A DNA stretch of 64,000 nucleotides from an uncultured Rhodobacteraceae bacterium (GTDB taxonomy: Bacteria > Pseudomonadota > Alphaproteobacteria > Rhodobacterales > Rhodobacteraceae), in assembly GCA_937864535.1 (NCBI GenBank), contig CALMJS010000031.1:23468-87467 (forward strand), read 5' to 3'. Position 1 is the stretch's first letter. The number at the start of each line of letters is the position of its first letter. The notes under the pieces are model-generated. The model did not search any database. It was given only the letters and a program-made list of their open reading frames with translations, and was not told the origin of the DNA. Position numbers and translations under genes: made by a program. Below are positions 45,077 to 55,334 of the stretch, piece after piece.

Positions 45077-46729
45077 TCAGCCTTTTGGATTGCTGGCGGC
45101 TCTGATCTGGCTCAGCGTTTGCCCGGTGGTCAGCGCCTCCGGGTTCACGCGCAGTTCGATCACGGCCAAGGTCCCGGCGGCCTTGGCCCGCGCAAAGGCA
45201 GGCACAAAATCATCCTGCGCAATGACCGTTTCCCCATGACCGCCATAGGCCCGGGCCAGCGCGGCATAGTCTGGATTGGCCAGCCGCGTGCCAGAGACGC
45301 GGCCCGTGTAATGCCGTTCCTGATGCATGCGAATAGTGCCGTATTGCCCGTTGTTCACCACGATGACGATCGGGTGGGCGCCATATTGGACTGCCGTCGA
45401 CATTTCATTCAGCGTCATCTGGATGCAGCCATCTCCGGCCATACAAACCACTGTTTTGTCTGGGTATTCGAGCGAGGCAGACACCGCCGCAGGGAAACCA
45501 TACCCCATCGACCCAGAGGTAGGCGCCAACTGGGTGCCAAAGGTTTTGAACTGATAATACCGATGCAGAAACGCCGCATAATTGCCCGCGCCGTTGGTCA
45601 TAATGGCATCCTCGGGCAAATGCGCGGTCAACCAGCCGATCACCTCTTCTTGGCGGACCTCGCCGGGTGTCGCGACGGGCGTCGCCCAAGCCAGATAGGC
45701 AGCATGCGCCTGTTCCATCGCCGCGCTGGCGTGCGGCTTTATCGTCGCCTGCGACAGGGCGATCGCAAACGCATCCGCACGGGCACAAACCGCGTGGTCG
45801 GGTTGCCAGATATGACCCAGTTCCTGCACATCGGCATGGATATGGAACATCGCCTGCTGTTGCCGAACCGGGTCGGCCAATTCGAACCCGCGCGTTGCGA
45901 TGTCACCAAACCGGGACCCCAGCACCAGTATACGGTCGGCCTGCGCGACCCGCGCCGCCAGTTTCGGGTTCATCGCCACGTTCAAATCCCCAGCCCATGC
46001 GGGGTGGCGATTGTCCAAGTAGTCCTGCCGCCGAAACGATGACGCCACGGGAACCTGCGCGGCGAGGGCAAATTGACCCAAGGCCGCCGCTGCATCGGTG
46101 GACCAATGCGGTCCCCCCACAACAATCAGGGGCGATTGTGCCGCCGTGATCCAGTCCGCCGCTCTCTGCGCCTGCGCGGACAGATCCATGTCCGGCAACG
46201 CGGCAGTGATCCGCAGATCGGGGACATCGGCCTGATCGCTCAGCATGTCCTCTGGCAACGCCAAAACCACCGGACCCGGACGCCCCGAAGTCGCGACGTG
46301 CCATGCCCGGGCAATATATTCGGGGATGCGGTCGGTCTGATCGATTTCCGCGACCCATTTGGCCAAGGGGCCGAACATGGCGCGATAATCAACCTCCTGG
46401 AACACCTCGCGGTCGCGGTGATCACGGGCGATCTGGCCGATAAACAGGATCATCGGGGTCGAATCCTGCCGTGCGACATGGACCCCGGAACTGGCGTTCG
46501 TCGCGCCCGGTCCGCGAGTGACAAAGGCTATGCCCGGCGTTCCGGTCATCTTGCCATAGGCTTCGGCCATCATCGCCGCGCCGCCCTCATGACGGCAGAC
46601 GATGTTCTGGATGCCGCTGTCATAGAGCCCGTCCAGCGCGGCAAGGAAACTCTCGCCCGGCACCGAAAACACACGCCGCGTCCCCAGTTTTGCCAATTGA
46701 TCCGCGAGGATTTTTCCGCCGTGCCGCAT
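45077..46729 (-). CDS. Thiamine-pyrophosphate-dependent enzyme (acetolactate-synthase-like)
   Basis: VFSVPGESFLAALD..., RHEGGAAMMAEAYGK, and the TPP motif GDGCIQMTLNEMSTAV...NNGQYG. The ATG at 46729 follows AAGGA. Confidence 0.8.
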   Translation of the reverse strand: MRHGGKILADQLAKLGTRRVFSVPGESFLAALDGLYDSGIQNIVCRHEGGAAMMAEAYGKMTGTPGIAFVTRGPGATNASSGVHVARQDSTPMILFIGQIARDHRDREVFQEVDYRAMFGPLAKWVAEIDQTDRIPEYIARAWHVATSGRPGPVVLALPEDMLSDQADVPDLRITAALPDMDLSAQAQRAADWITAAQSPLIVVGGPHWSTDAAAALGQFALAAQVPVASSFRRQDYLDNRHPAWAGDLNVAMNPKLAARVAQADRILVLGSRFGDIATRGFELADPVRQQQAMFHIHADVQELGHIWQPDHAVCARADAFAIALSQATIKPHASAAMEQAHAAYLAWATPVATPGEVRQEEVIGWLTAHLPEDAIMTNGAGNYAAFLHRYYQFKTFGTQLAPTSGSMGYGFPAAVSASLEYPDKTVVCMAGDGCIQMTLNEMSTAVQYGAHPIVIVVNNGQYGTIRMHQERHYTGRVSGTRLANPDYAALARAYGGHGETVIAQDDFVPAFARAKAAGTLAVIELRVNPEALTTGQTLSQIRAASNPKG

Positions 46730-46791
46730 GTTATGTTCCTTATACTTCTCGTCCAAAGTGGCTTGGGTCGTGCGCTAGGGCAAGCCCCGCC

Positions 46792-47832
46792 TCAGAAACT
46801 CGCCTCGGGGCGAAATCCCGGCGGGATCGTATCCCGCCCATCCAGCAGTAGATCCGCCATGACCTGACCGACCTTTGGCGCCATGCCAAAACCGATCTTG
46901 AACCCGCCATTGGCGATAAACTCTCTGGATCGCACCGGATGCTGGCCCAGCATCGGCGCACGGCTCTTGGCACGGGGACGCACGCCTGCCCACCTCTCGA
47001 TCACCGGGGCATCCGCCAACATCGGAAAGGCGGCGCGCGCCCGATCGATCACTGCGTCGATCTGATGATCCGGCGTGTCAGGCTGGTCAAAACTGTTTTC
47101 GCTGGTCGAGCCGATCGCCACCGTGCCGTCCAGATGCGGCACGATATGCAGACTGTCGGCAAAGAGTTGCGGCAAATCGGCTGCATCAAATTTCAACAGT
47201 GCAGCCTGACCTTTGACGCCTATTCCTATGTTTTTGGACATGCCTTCAGACAACTCGACCAAACCACGCCAGCCGGTCGCATGGACGATTTTTCCCTCAA
47301 TGGGACCATCGGTAACGACCTCGCCGCCCAGCCCGACGATCGCAGCGGCCAGCGCATGGGTGGCCTTGCGCGGGTGGATGCGGGCGGTCAAGGTGTCATA
47401 GACAACCAGCCCGCTGGCGGATTTGGGGACCCAAGTGCCAAAATCCGCTGCTGGCTGAACCCGCCATTCAGCCTGACCGCGCCATAACTCTGCCGCGGTG
47501 GCGACCCGCTGATAGGCCAAGGCAACGGACCGTTCATCGTTCAGTGGCTGCAGACGCCCCGACCGCAAATATCCCGTCTGTTGGCCAGAGGATGACTCGA
47601 CCCCGGACCAGAACGACTCTGCCATCAGCAGACTCTCTAGCTGGAACGCCTTTTTGTCGTTCCAGTTTTCCGGAACATGCGGGGCAAGCGCCCCGACCAG
47701 CCCCCCGGATGATCCCGAGGCAACACCGTTCGGATCAATGACCCGGACCCGCGCACCCCGCTGGGCGCAGGCATAGCCGACAGCCAATCCAAAGGCACCC
47801 GCCCCGAAAATCGTGATATCTGCCGTTGCCAT
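46792..47832 (-). CDS. FAD-dependent oxidoreductase (DAO family; stand-alone MnmC oxidase-domain-like)
   Basis: ITIFGAGAFGLAVGYACAQRGARVRVID (GxGxxG). Divergent from the MnmC methyltransferase-domain gene. Confidence 0.75.
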   Translation of the reverse strand: MATADITIFGAGAFGLAVGYACAQRGARVRVIDPNGVASGSSGGLVGALAPHVPENWNDKKAFQLESLLMAESFWSGVESSSGQQTGYLRSGRLQPLNDERSVALAYQRVATAAELWRGQAEWRVQPAADFGTWVPKSASGLVVYDTLTARIHPRKATHALAAAIVGLGGEVVTDGPIEGKIVHATGWRGLVELSEGMSKNIGIGVKGQAALLKFDAADLPQLFADSLHIVPHLDGTVAIGSTSENSFDQPDTPDHQIDAVIDRARAAFPMLADAPVIERWAGVRPRAKSRAPMLGQHPVRSREFIANGGFKIGFGMAPKVGQVMADLLLDGRDTIPPGFRPEASF

Positions 47833-47879
47833 TCGTCACCCTCGCGTCCAAAGTCGCGGCGACCCTAAGGCAGAACACC

Positions 47880-48551
47880 ATGAACGACCAGCCGCAAGCC
47901 GAGCTTGACTGGCGAGATGGAACCATTCCGATCTCGCGCCGCTTTGACGACCCCTATTTTTCGCTCGATAACGGGCTCGAAGAGACACGTTATGTCTTTC
48001 TTGCAGGCAACGACCTGCCCGCCCGCTTTGGTGGCGATTTCGTCATAGGCGAGCTGGGTTTTGGCACGGGCCTGAATTTTCTAACGACATGGAAGGCATG
48101 GCAGGACGCAGGCAGCCCTGGCTCGCTGACCTTCGTGACCTTTGAGGCCTTTCCGATGGCGGTCGCGGATATGGCCACCTCTCTGGCGGCGTTTCCGGAA
48201 TTGGCCGAATGGTCAGACCAGCTAATCAGTGCCCTGTCCGCTGGCGGACCGCTGCGGTTTGGCCAGATCGAGCTACAGATCGTGGTCGGCGACGTGCGCG
48301 ATTGCCTGCCGCAGACCGACCTCTTGGCGGACGCGTGGTATCTGGACGGCTTTAGCCCTGCCAAGAATCCCGAAATGTGGGGGCCGGACCTGATGGAGCA
48401 GGTTGCTGTGCATACCAAAACCGGCGGGACACTGGCGACCTATACAGCTGCGGGCCATGTGCGCCGCGCCCTGTCGGAGGTCGGCTTTGATGTCGTCCGC
48501 CTCTCAGGCTACGGCCGCAAACGCCACATGACCAAGGCTGTGAAACGATGA
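47880..48551 (+). CDS. mnmD: tRNA 5-methylaminomethyl-2-thiouridine methyltransferase domain protein (MnmD/MnmC N-terminal domain)
   Basis: LDWRDGTIPISRRFDDPYFS..., IGELGFGTGLNFL, DAWYLDGFSPAKNPEMW. Confidence 0.8.
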   Translation: MNDQPQAELDWRDGTIPISRRFDDPYFSLDNGLEETRYVFLAGNDLPARFGGDFVIGELGFGTGLNFLTTWKAWQDAGSPGSLTFVTFEAFPMAVADMATSLAAFPELAEWSDQLISALSAGGPLRFGQIELQIVVGDVRDCLPQTDLLADAWYLDGFSPAKNPEMWGPDLMEQVAVHTKTGGTLATYTAAGHVRRALSEVGFDVVRLSGYGRKRHMTKAVKR

Positions 48552-49426
48552 CCGAACAAAACACCCGTCAGGGCATCATGCTGATGATCGTGACGACCTT
48601 TGTCTTTGGCATTCAGGACGGTCTGTCCCGCCATCTGGCCGAAGTGTACGACGTGCGCATGGTCGTGATGATCCGCTACTGGGTCTTTGCCCTGTTTGCC
48701 TTGGCTATGGCATGGAGACAGGCAGGATCGATCCGCGCGGCCTTTCGCACCAGTCAACCGATATTGCAGGCCCTGCGTGCGCTGATCTTGATCGCGGAAA
48801 TCTGCGTGATGATTGTCGGCTTTGTCAGATTGGGACTGGTCGAGAGTCATGCGATCTTTGCCTGCTATCCGCTATTGGTTGCGGCCCTCTCCGGACCGAT
48901 CCTGGGTGAAAAGGTCGGCTGGCGCCGGTGGGCGGCCATTGGTGTCGGCTTTGTCGGTGTGATGGTCATCTTGCAGCCGGGATCGAGCGTTTTTTCCATC
49001 AACATGCTCTGGGCGGCAGCGGCATCGCTGATGTTTGCAGTCTACGGGTTGCTCACCCGCTATGTCGGACGCAAGGACCGCGCGATCACGTCCTTTGTCT
49101 GGACCGGCGTCGTGGGCGCCGCGGGCATGACGGTGGTGGGCCTGCCCTATCTGGCCCCGATGACCGCCCTCGACAGCCTGCTGATGGGTGTTCTGTGCAT
49201 GACCGCGCTAACCGGTCACTATCTGCTAATCCGCGCCTATGAAGTGGCCGAGGCCAGCGCCGTGCAACCCTTTGCCTATCTGCAACTGCCCTTTGCCTCG
49301 ATCATCGGGATCATGGTGTTCGGCGACATCCTGCGCTGGAACGTCGCGGTCGGGGCGGCCATCGTTGTGTCGGCGGGAGTATTCACGCTGCTACGCGAAC
49401 GGCTGGCGCGACAGCGCCGTCACTGA
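48548..49426 (+). CDS. DMT-superfamily (EamA) transporter
   Basis: 292 aa, 10 TM, two EamA-like halves. Confidence 0.8.
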   Translation: MTEQNTRQGIMLMIVTTFVFGIQDGLSRHLAEVYDVRMVVMIRYWVFALFALAMAWRQAGSIRAAFRTSQPILQALRALILIAEICVMIVGFVRLGLVESHAIFACYPLLVAALSGPILGEKVGWRRWAAIGVGFVGVMVILQPGSSVFSINMLWAAAASLMFAVYGLLTRYVGRKDRAITSFVWTGVVGAAGMTVVGLPYLAPMTALDSLLMGVLCMTALTGHYLLIRAYEVAEASAVQPFAYLQLPFASIIGIMVFGDILRWNVAVGAAIVVSAGVFTLLRERLARQRRH

Positions 49427-51432
49427 CTGGGCGGTTTCGGATCGGCCGTCACGGCCCCCTCTGTCCACGGGCGCGGCACCGGCCGCCGAATGGGCGTCTG
49501 GCCGATCAGCAGGCTGGTAAAGTCAATCGGCCCCACCTGCCCCGTCAAGCGGGCGCGATAGATCGGGATCGATTCCGTCACCCGCTGAACATAGTTGCGG
49601 GTTTCGCGGTAGGGGATCAGCTCGATCCAGTCGATCACATCGACGCTGCCATTACGCGGGTCGCCGCGTTCGGCCATCCAGTCCGTGGGGCGGGCCGGAC
49701 CCGCGTTATATCCTGCGGCGATCATGACCGGCGAGTCCCCGAACCGATCCTGAAGACCGAACAGATACTGGCTGCCCAGCGTGGCGTTATAGGCCCAATC
49801 CGCCGTCAGCCGCGCTCGGCTATAGGGTAGCCCCAGTTCCTTGGCGACGTCTTCGGCGGTGCCGGGCATCAACTGCATCAATCCCAGTGCGCCAACCGGA
49901 CTGCCGACGGTATGATTGAATTCGCTCTCTCTGCGGGCGATGGACAGCGCCAGTTCCGGTGCAACGGGCAAATCCATTTTGCGCAGATCGTGCAGCGGGT
50001 AATAGAGTTCCGGGATCACCATGCCACGCGCAACGCCGGATTTTGCCAGCAAAAGCGCCAGAAACGGCTCGTTCCGGCGCAGCAATTCCTGACCCAGCGT
50101 GCCCAGATCATTGCGGTCCAGCGTCTGCCCCAGTTTGGCAAAGAACAGAACCGCGGGCGTGCGTTGATCCGCATCGATCAGCTCGAACCCGGCCCGGGCC
50201 GGTTCAGACCCGGCGACAGCGGACCCCGCAAAGGGGGCAAACACCTCGTTCCCGATCATCGCCGGATCAAGCGAGAGACCCAGCCTTTCCGCAGCCAGCA
50301 GACCATAGAATGCCGTCTGGTGCTGAGCGGCCTGTGTGTAGGCGGTCTGCGCCGCAGTCGCATCGCCCAGCGCGTCATAGCTCCGGCCTATCCAATAGGC
50401 GGCACGGCCGTCGGAAATCGGACTCTCGACCGCAGCATCGACCGCGCGAAAATGCGTCAAGGCCCGCTCTGGGTCGTTCAGGAACCGCAGAGAGATGAAG
50501 CCAGCGAGCCATTCCAGATCGGCATAGGCCTCGCCGTCCTCTGCGGTCAAATGGTGCTGGCTGGCTAACAGATAGGCGCTGTCATAGCGGGCCTGCCGCA
50601 TTTCCCAACGGGCCAAGGTACGCCGCCAGCCCGACCACCGAAACGGTTGTTCCAGCAGGGCGACATCATGGGTCCGCTCGGCCAGAACGGCGACGGCCTG
50701 GGTATATTCACCGCGATCTGCCAGATTGCTGAACACATCATAGGCCAGCCCCACATTGCCGCGCAGCGCCTGCGGCACGGCATTCACGAGGTCGGTCGCC
50801 GTATCGCGTTTGCGGATCAGTGCAATCCGCGCCTCGGCCAAGGCACGCTGATCAGCAGGCAAGGTCGGCACCAGACGGGCGGCGTCCTCGACCTTCCATC
50901 GCCAGAGCATCGCATCGACGCGGGCCGCATTGAGCGGCGCCAACTGTGGCCCAAAGGCCGCAATGAGCGCGTCAAACTCTTCCTGCGTCAGGCCATATCC
51001 GGTCCAGATCTTGCGCAGAACCTCGGCCGCCTTGTCGGGCTGGCCCAGCGCCAGATAGGCCTGCGACAGCCGCAGCCCACCCCAGCCCGTTTGGGGATCG
51101 GCCCCGCCGAAATAGGCAATCACATCCACCGCAGCGGTCTGCTCGGTGATGGCTTCCTCGCCCTTGGCGCGCAGACGATCCAGCCCCGGCCAATCCGGGT
51201 GCGCGGCCAAAAATGCAGTGTATTCAGGGAATTCTCCCTCGCCCTCGCGCAGCCGGGTCCAGGTGATCAACTGCTGCGCCAACAGATCCTGCCCAGCCAG
51301 CCCATAGGCAGCGGGCCAGTCGCCCTGTTCGATCGCGTCAAAGGCCGCAACCAGTGACGCATCCTCTGCCCATAGGCAGGACGGTAGGGTCACCACCAGA
51401 CAGGCGGCTAGGAAACGGGATCTGATCTGCAT
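49420..51432 (-). CDS. slt: Soluble lytic murein transglycosylase (Slt70-like)
   Basis: Signal peptide, a long superhelical N-terminal domain and a C-terminal SLT domain (ARRESEFNHTVGSPVGALGLMQLMP...AGYNAGP). Confidence 0.88.
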   Translation of the reverse strand: MQIRSRFLAACLVVTLPSCLWAEDASLVAAFDAIEQGDWPAAYGLAGQDLLAQQLITWTRLREGEGEFPEYTAFLAAHPDWPGLDRLRAKGEEAITEQTAAVDVIAYFGGADPQTGWGGLRLSQAYLALGQPDKAAEVLRKIWTGYGLTQEEFDALIAAFGPQLAPLNAARVDAMLWRWKVEDAARLVPTLPADQRALAEARIALIRKRDTATDLVNAVPQALRGNVGLAYDVFSNLADRGEYTQAVAVLAERTHDVALLEQPFRWSGWRRTLARWEMRQARYDSAYLLASQHHLTAEDGEAYADLEWLAGFISLRFLNDPERALTHFRAVDAAVESPISDGRAAYWIGRSYDALGDATAAQTAYTQAAQHQTAFYGLLAAERLGLSLDPAMIGNEVFAPFAGSAVAGSEPARAGFELIDADQRTPAVLFFAKLGQTLDRNDLGTLGQELLRRNEPFLALLLAKSGVARGMVIPELYYPLHDLRKMDLPVAPELALSIARRESEFNHTVGSPVGALGLMQLMPGTAEDVAKELGLPYSRARLTADWAYNATLGSQYLFGLQDRFGDSPVMIAAGYNAGPARPTDWMAERGDPRNGSVDVIDWIELIPYRETRNYVQRVTESIPIYRARLTGQVGPIDFTSLLIGQTPIRRPVPRPWTEGAVTADPKPPSQ

Positions 51433-51578
51433 CGGTCTGCCTGTTGTTTTGTCACAAAGCCTAGCGCAGTACGCACAAAGCTCAACTCACAAACTTGGCA
51501 AACACCCCAATCCCGTCTAGGTTCCGCCCGTTTTCAGCAGTGGCGACTCATCGCCAAATCACGACAAGGAAAGACGTT

Positions 51579-52451
51579 ATGTTCAGAGGATCGATGCCAG
51601 CATTGGTAACGCCGTTCAACAACGGCCAAGTGGATCTGGACACGCTGAAAAAACTTGTCGAATGGCATATCGAACAGGGTAGCCACGGGATCGTCCCGGT
51701 TGGCACCACCGGCGAAAGCCCCACCCTGAGCCACGAAGAACATGATCTGGTCGTCGCCACCGTTGTCCAGCAGGTCGCCGGCCGCGTTCCGGTCATCGCC
51801 GGCGCCGGGTCGAACAGCACGGTCGAGGCCGTCCGTCTGGTCCAAGCCGCCAAGGACGCGGGCGCCGATGCTGCGCTGGTCGTCACGCCCTATTATAACA
51901 AACCGACCCAGCGCGGTCTGTTGGCCCACTATCAGGCCGTGGCCAAAATCGGCCTGCCGATCGTGATCTACAACATCCCCGGCCGCTCGGTGATCGACAT
52001 GACCCCGGCGACCATGGGCCAACTGGCGCAGCTGCCGGAAATCGTCGGCGTAAAGGATGCCACCGGCGATCTGTCGCGGGTGCCCAAGTGCCGGATCACC
52101 TGTGGCCATGACTTTGTCCAGCTGTCGGGCGAGGATGCGACGGCGCTCGGCTTTAACGCGCATGGCGGCGTCGGCTGCATTTCGGTCACCGCGAACATCG
52201 CGCCAAAGCTTTGCTCCGAATTCCAAGAGGCGACCTTGCGCGGCGACTACAAACTGGCTCTGGAATATCAGGACCGCCTGATGCCGCTGCATGAGGCCGT
52301 GTTCCTAGAGCCCGGCGTTGCCGGTGCCAAATACGGGATGTCGCTGCTGGGCCTGTGTTCTGATGAGGTCCGCCTGCCGCTCACCGGGCTAGAAGACGGA
52401 ACCAAAGAGCGCATCCGCGCTGCCATGGTGCATGCCGGTCTGCTGAAGTGA
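51579..52451 (+). CDS. dapA: 4-hydroxy-tetrahydrodipicolinate synthase
   Basis: [13 protein letters not shown]..., [20 protein letters not shown], and [10 protein letters not shown] (the conserved active-site Lys region). Confidence 0.95.
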   Translation: MFRGSMPALVTPFNNGQVDLDTLKKLVEWHIEQGSHGIVPVGTTGESPTLSHEEHDLVVATVVQQVAGRVPVIAGAGSNSTVEAVRLVQAAKDAGADAALVVTPYYNKPTQRGLLAHYQAVAKIGLPIVIYNIPGRSVIDMTPATMGQLAQLPEIVGVKDATGDLSRVPKCRITCGHDFVQLSGEDATALGFNAHGGVGCISVTANIAPKLCSEFQEATLRGDYKLALEYQDRLMPLHEAVFLEPGVAGAKYGMSLLGLCSDEVRLPLTGLEDGTKERIRAAMVHAGLLK

Positions 52452-53332
52452 CCACACGGACAACCGCCAGAGCCAATCTGGTCGGGAGTATCTTTATGAT
52501 CGTCTCGATGGCAGGATTTGCCATCGAGGATTCCTTTATCAAACTCGCCGCCAGCTTTGCCCCCGATGTTCCGGTCGGGCAGTGGTTTGTGACCGTCGCA
52601 GGGATGGGCATGGCGGTCTTTGGCCTCTTGACCGTCGCGACTGGCCAGACCCTGTTCACCCGCGATTATTTCAGCAAACCGCTGATCGTCCGCGGGGTGT
52701 TTGAAGTCCTCGGGCGACTTGCCTATTCCTTGGCCTTTATCCTGACGCCCCTCATCACAGCGACGGCAATATTGCAGGCTACCCCGCTGGTGGTCATGGC
52801 CGGGGCGGCGATTTTCCTCAAGGAATCGGTCAAGCTACGCCATTGGATCGCGGTGTTTTGCGGTTTTGTGGGCGTCATGCTGATTTTGCAGCCGTGGGGC
52901 GCGTCGTTCAATTTCCTGACCATCCTTGCTGTGATCGGGATGATCGGCTTTGCTGGCCGTGATGTAGCGACCCGCGCCTCTCCGACTCGGATGGGGAATT
53001 TCCAGCTTGGGTTTATCGGCTATTCAATGTTCGCCATTGCCGGGCTGATCATGTGGCTGCTTGCGGGGCGGATCACGACCACCCTACCCTTGCAATCGCT
53101 GATGTTTATCGGCGTGGCTGGGATTGGCGGCATTGTCGGGTACTATGCGCTGACCGTCGCCATGCGCACCGGCGAGGTCGGGGCCGTCACGCCGTGGCGT
53201 TATTCGCGGCTGATTATCGGTGCGTTGATCGCGTGGGACCTGTTCGGCGAACGGATGGATACCGCTACCCTGATCGGCAGCACGATTGTCGTCCTGAGCG
53301 GGATATCGACGTTTCTACGGTTCCGCCGCTGA
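52448..53332 (+). CDS. DMT-superfamily (EamA) transporter
   Basis: 294 aa, 10 TM. Overlaps the dapA stop. Confidence 0.8.
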   Translation: MTTRTTARANLVGSIFMIVSMAGFAIEDSFIKLAASFAPDVPVGQWFVTVAGMGMAVFGLLTVATGQTLFTRDYFSKPLIVRGVFEVLGRLAYSLAFILTPLITATAILQATPLVVMAGAAIFLKESVKLRHWIAVFCGFVGVMLILQPWGASFNFLTILAVIGMIGFAGRDVATRASPTRMGNFQLGFIGYSMFAIAGLIMWLLAGRITTTLPLQSLMFIGVAGIGGIVGYYALTVAMRTGEVGAVTPWRYSRLIIGALIAWDLFGERMDTATLIGSTIVVLSGISTFLRFRR

Positions 53333-53782
53333 TCAGGTTTCCAACCGGGGTTCCTTGGCCTCGATCTGGCTCTTGCGGATGTAGCGCATGGTTTCGACCA
53401 GCACCGCTGTCGTAAACCCGAAATTCAGCATGCCATTGGTCGCAGCCAACCCGCCGAGCAACTGCCATTCCGGCGGCAGCAACACATCACCGAATCCCAG
53501 CGTGGTAAAACAGGTCAGGGCAAAATAAACCGCCGGTTCCCATGCAGGAAACAGGTCCAGCCAGCGAAACGCCGACGCCCAGATCCAAACGCTGATGGTT
53601 GCCTGCCCGAGCACCGCCGTTGCCGCCCCAGAGAGCACCAGCAACAGTTTGGGGGAATGCGGCGCACGGCGCAGCCATCCGGAAAGATAGGCAATCGAGT
53701 TTTCGATCATCAGATAGAACATGCCCGCCATGACGATGGACATGAGCATCAGCATCGAACCAACTACCAATTGAAATGTCAT
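53333..53782 (-). CDS. Small ion-channel protein with K+-channel-like pore
   Basis: 149 aa with a pore helix plus filter-like TTLGFGDV (Ion_trans_2 type). Confidence 0.7.
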   Translation of the reverse strand: MTFQLVVGSMLMLMSIVMAGMFYLMIENSIAYLSGWLRRAPHSPKLLLVLSGAATAVLGQATISVWIWASAFRWLDLFPAWEPAVYFALTCFTTLGFGDVLLPPEWQLLGGLAATNGMLNFGFTTAVLVETMRYIRKSQIEAKEPRLET

Positions 53783-53886
53783 GTGGCCTGCATCTCGGTT
53801 TTTTCAAACATTAGAACGGATCATCCCGACACGATAGCCCACAACACCTTGCCGTTGCGGGTCCAAAGGCATATCTGTCCGACATC

Positions 53887-54363
53887 ATGGCCAAGAAACC
53901 GGACAATAAAAATTACAAGGTCATTGCCGAAAACCGGCGTGCCCGTCACGACTATGCCATCGAGGATGACCTCGAGGTTGGCATTATCCTCATGGGGTCC
54001 GAGGTCAAATCCCTCCGGACCGGCCAGTCGAATATCGCCGAAAGCTATGCCAACGTCGAAGAGGGCGAGCTGTGGCTGATCAACGGCTATATTGCCAGCT
54101 ATGAACCTGCCCGCACCTGGGGCCACGAGGAACGCCGCAAGCGCAAGCTGCTGGTGTCGTCCCGCGAACGCGCCCGCCTTTGGAATGCCACGCAGCGCGA
54201 AGGCATGACGCTGGTGCCGATCGTGATGTATTTCAATGACTGCGGCCTCGTGAAACTCAAGCTGGGCATCGCCAAAGGCAAAAAGAACTACGACAAGCGG
54301 GCAAGCGATGCCAAACGCGACTGGGATCGCCAGAAAGCCCGGCTTTTGAAGCACGGAGAGTAA
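53887..54363 (+). CDS. smpB: SsrA-binding protein
   Basis: [15 protein letters not shown]..., [25 protein letters not shown]. Confidence 0.95.
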   Translation: MAKKPDNKNYKVIAENRRARHDYAIEDDLEVGIILMGSEVKSLRTGQSNIAESYANVEEGELWLINGYIASYEPARTWGHEERRKRKLLVSSRERARLWNATQREGMTLVPIVMYFNDCGLVKLKLGIAKGKKNYDKRASDAKRDWDRQKARLLKHGE

Positions 54364-54467
54364 TTTTTCGGCACCAAGGGCCTGACGACAGACCTCTGCA
54401 CTTGCGTGCTGGGATGGGCCGCGTTAGGGACGCCTCGGACCTTGACAGCGCAGACAAGGGCATCGAC

Positions 54468-55334
54468 ATGACCGACGTTTACAAAGACGACCCCAAAACG
54501 CTCGTTTCCACGAGTTGGCTGGCTGCACGCCTCAAGGATCCTGACCTGCGGATTCTGGATGCCTCTTGGTTCCTGCCCGGCTCTGGCCGCGATCCCAAGG
54601 CCGAGTTTGCCGCAGAGCATATCCCCGGCGCCCGGTTCTTTGACATCGACGAAATCTCTGACTTGCGGTCCGATTTGCCCCATATGGCCCCGCCAGTGGA
54701 AAAGTTCATGTCGCGGATGCGCGCCATGGGCATTGGCGATGGCCATCAGGTCGTGGTCTACGACAGTGCAGGCCTGTTCAGCGCCGCCCGCGTCTGGTGG
54801 CTGTTCCGCATTTTCGGCAAGTTCGACATTGCGGTTCTGGATGGCGGCCTGCCGAAATGGAAATCCGAAGGTCACCCCGTGACCGATGCCGAACCGGTCA
54901 TTCGCGACCGCCACATGACCACCGCACCCCAGCGGCAGATGGTCAAGGACGTGACCGAAGTCGCCCGCGCCTCCAAACTGCGCGATCACGTGATCATCGA
55001 TGCCCGTGGCGCCGCCCGCTTCCGCGGCGAGCTCGCCGAACCGCGTCCCGGTCTGCGCTCTGGTCACATTCCAGGCGCGCGCAATGTACCCTTTGACACG
55101 GTCCTCAATACGGACGGCACGATGAAATCCGCGCCCGCATTGAAAACCGTATTTGAAAAGGCTGGCGTCGATCTGTCGATGCCGGTGATTACGTCCTGCG
55201 GGTCCGGCGTGACCGCCTCGATCCTCTGCCTTGCCCTCGAACGGATGGGCAAAACCGATCACTCTCTCTACGACGGCTCATGGTCCGAATGGGGCATGTA
55301 CGCCGATCTTCCTATCGCAACCGGAGAAGCATGA
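54468..55334 (+). CDS. sseA: 3-mercaptopyruvate sulfurtransferase (tandem rhodanese)
   Basis: Two rhodanese domains. The active-site loop CGSGVTA is typical of MST rather than thiosulfate sulfurtransferase. Confidence 0.88.
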   Translation: MTDVYKDDPKTLVSTSWLAARLKDPDLRILDASWFLPGSGRDPKAEFAAEHIPGARFFDIDEISDLRSDLPHMAPPVEKFMSRMRAMGIGDGHQVVVYDSAGLFSAARVWWLFRIFGKFDIAVLDGGLPKWKSEGHPVTDAEPVIRDRHMTTAPQRQMVKDVTEVARASKLRDHVIIDARGAARFRGELAEPRPGLRSGHIPGARNVPFDTVLNTDGTMKSAPALKTVFEKAGVDLSMPVITSCGSGVTASILCLALERMGKTDHSLYDGSWSEWGMYADLPIATGEA

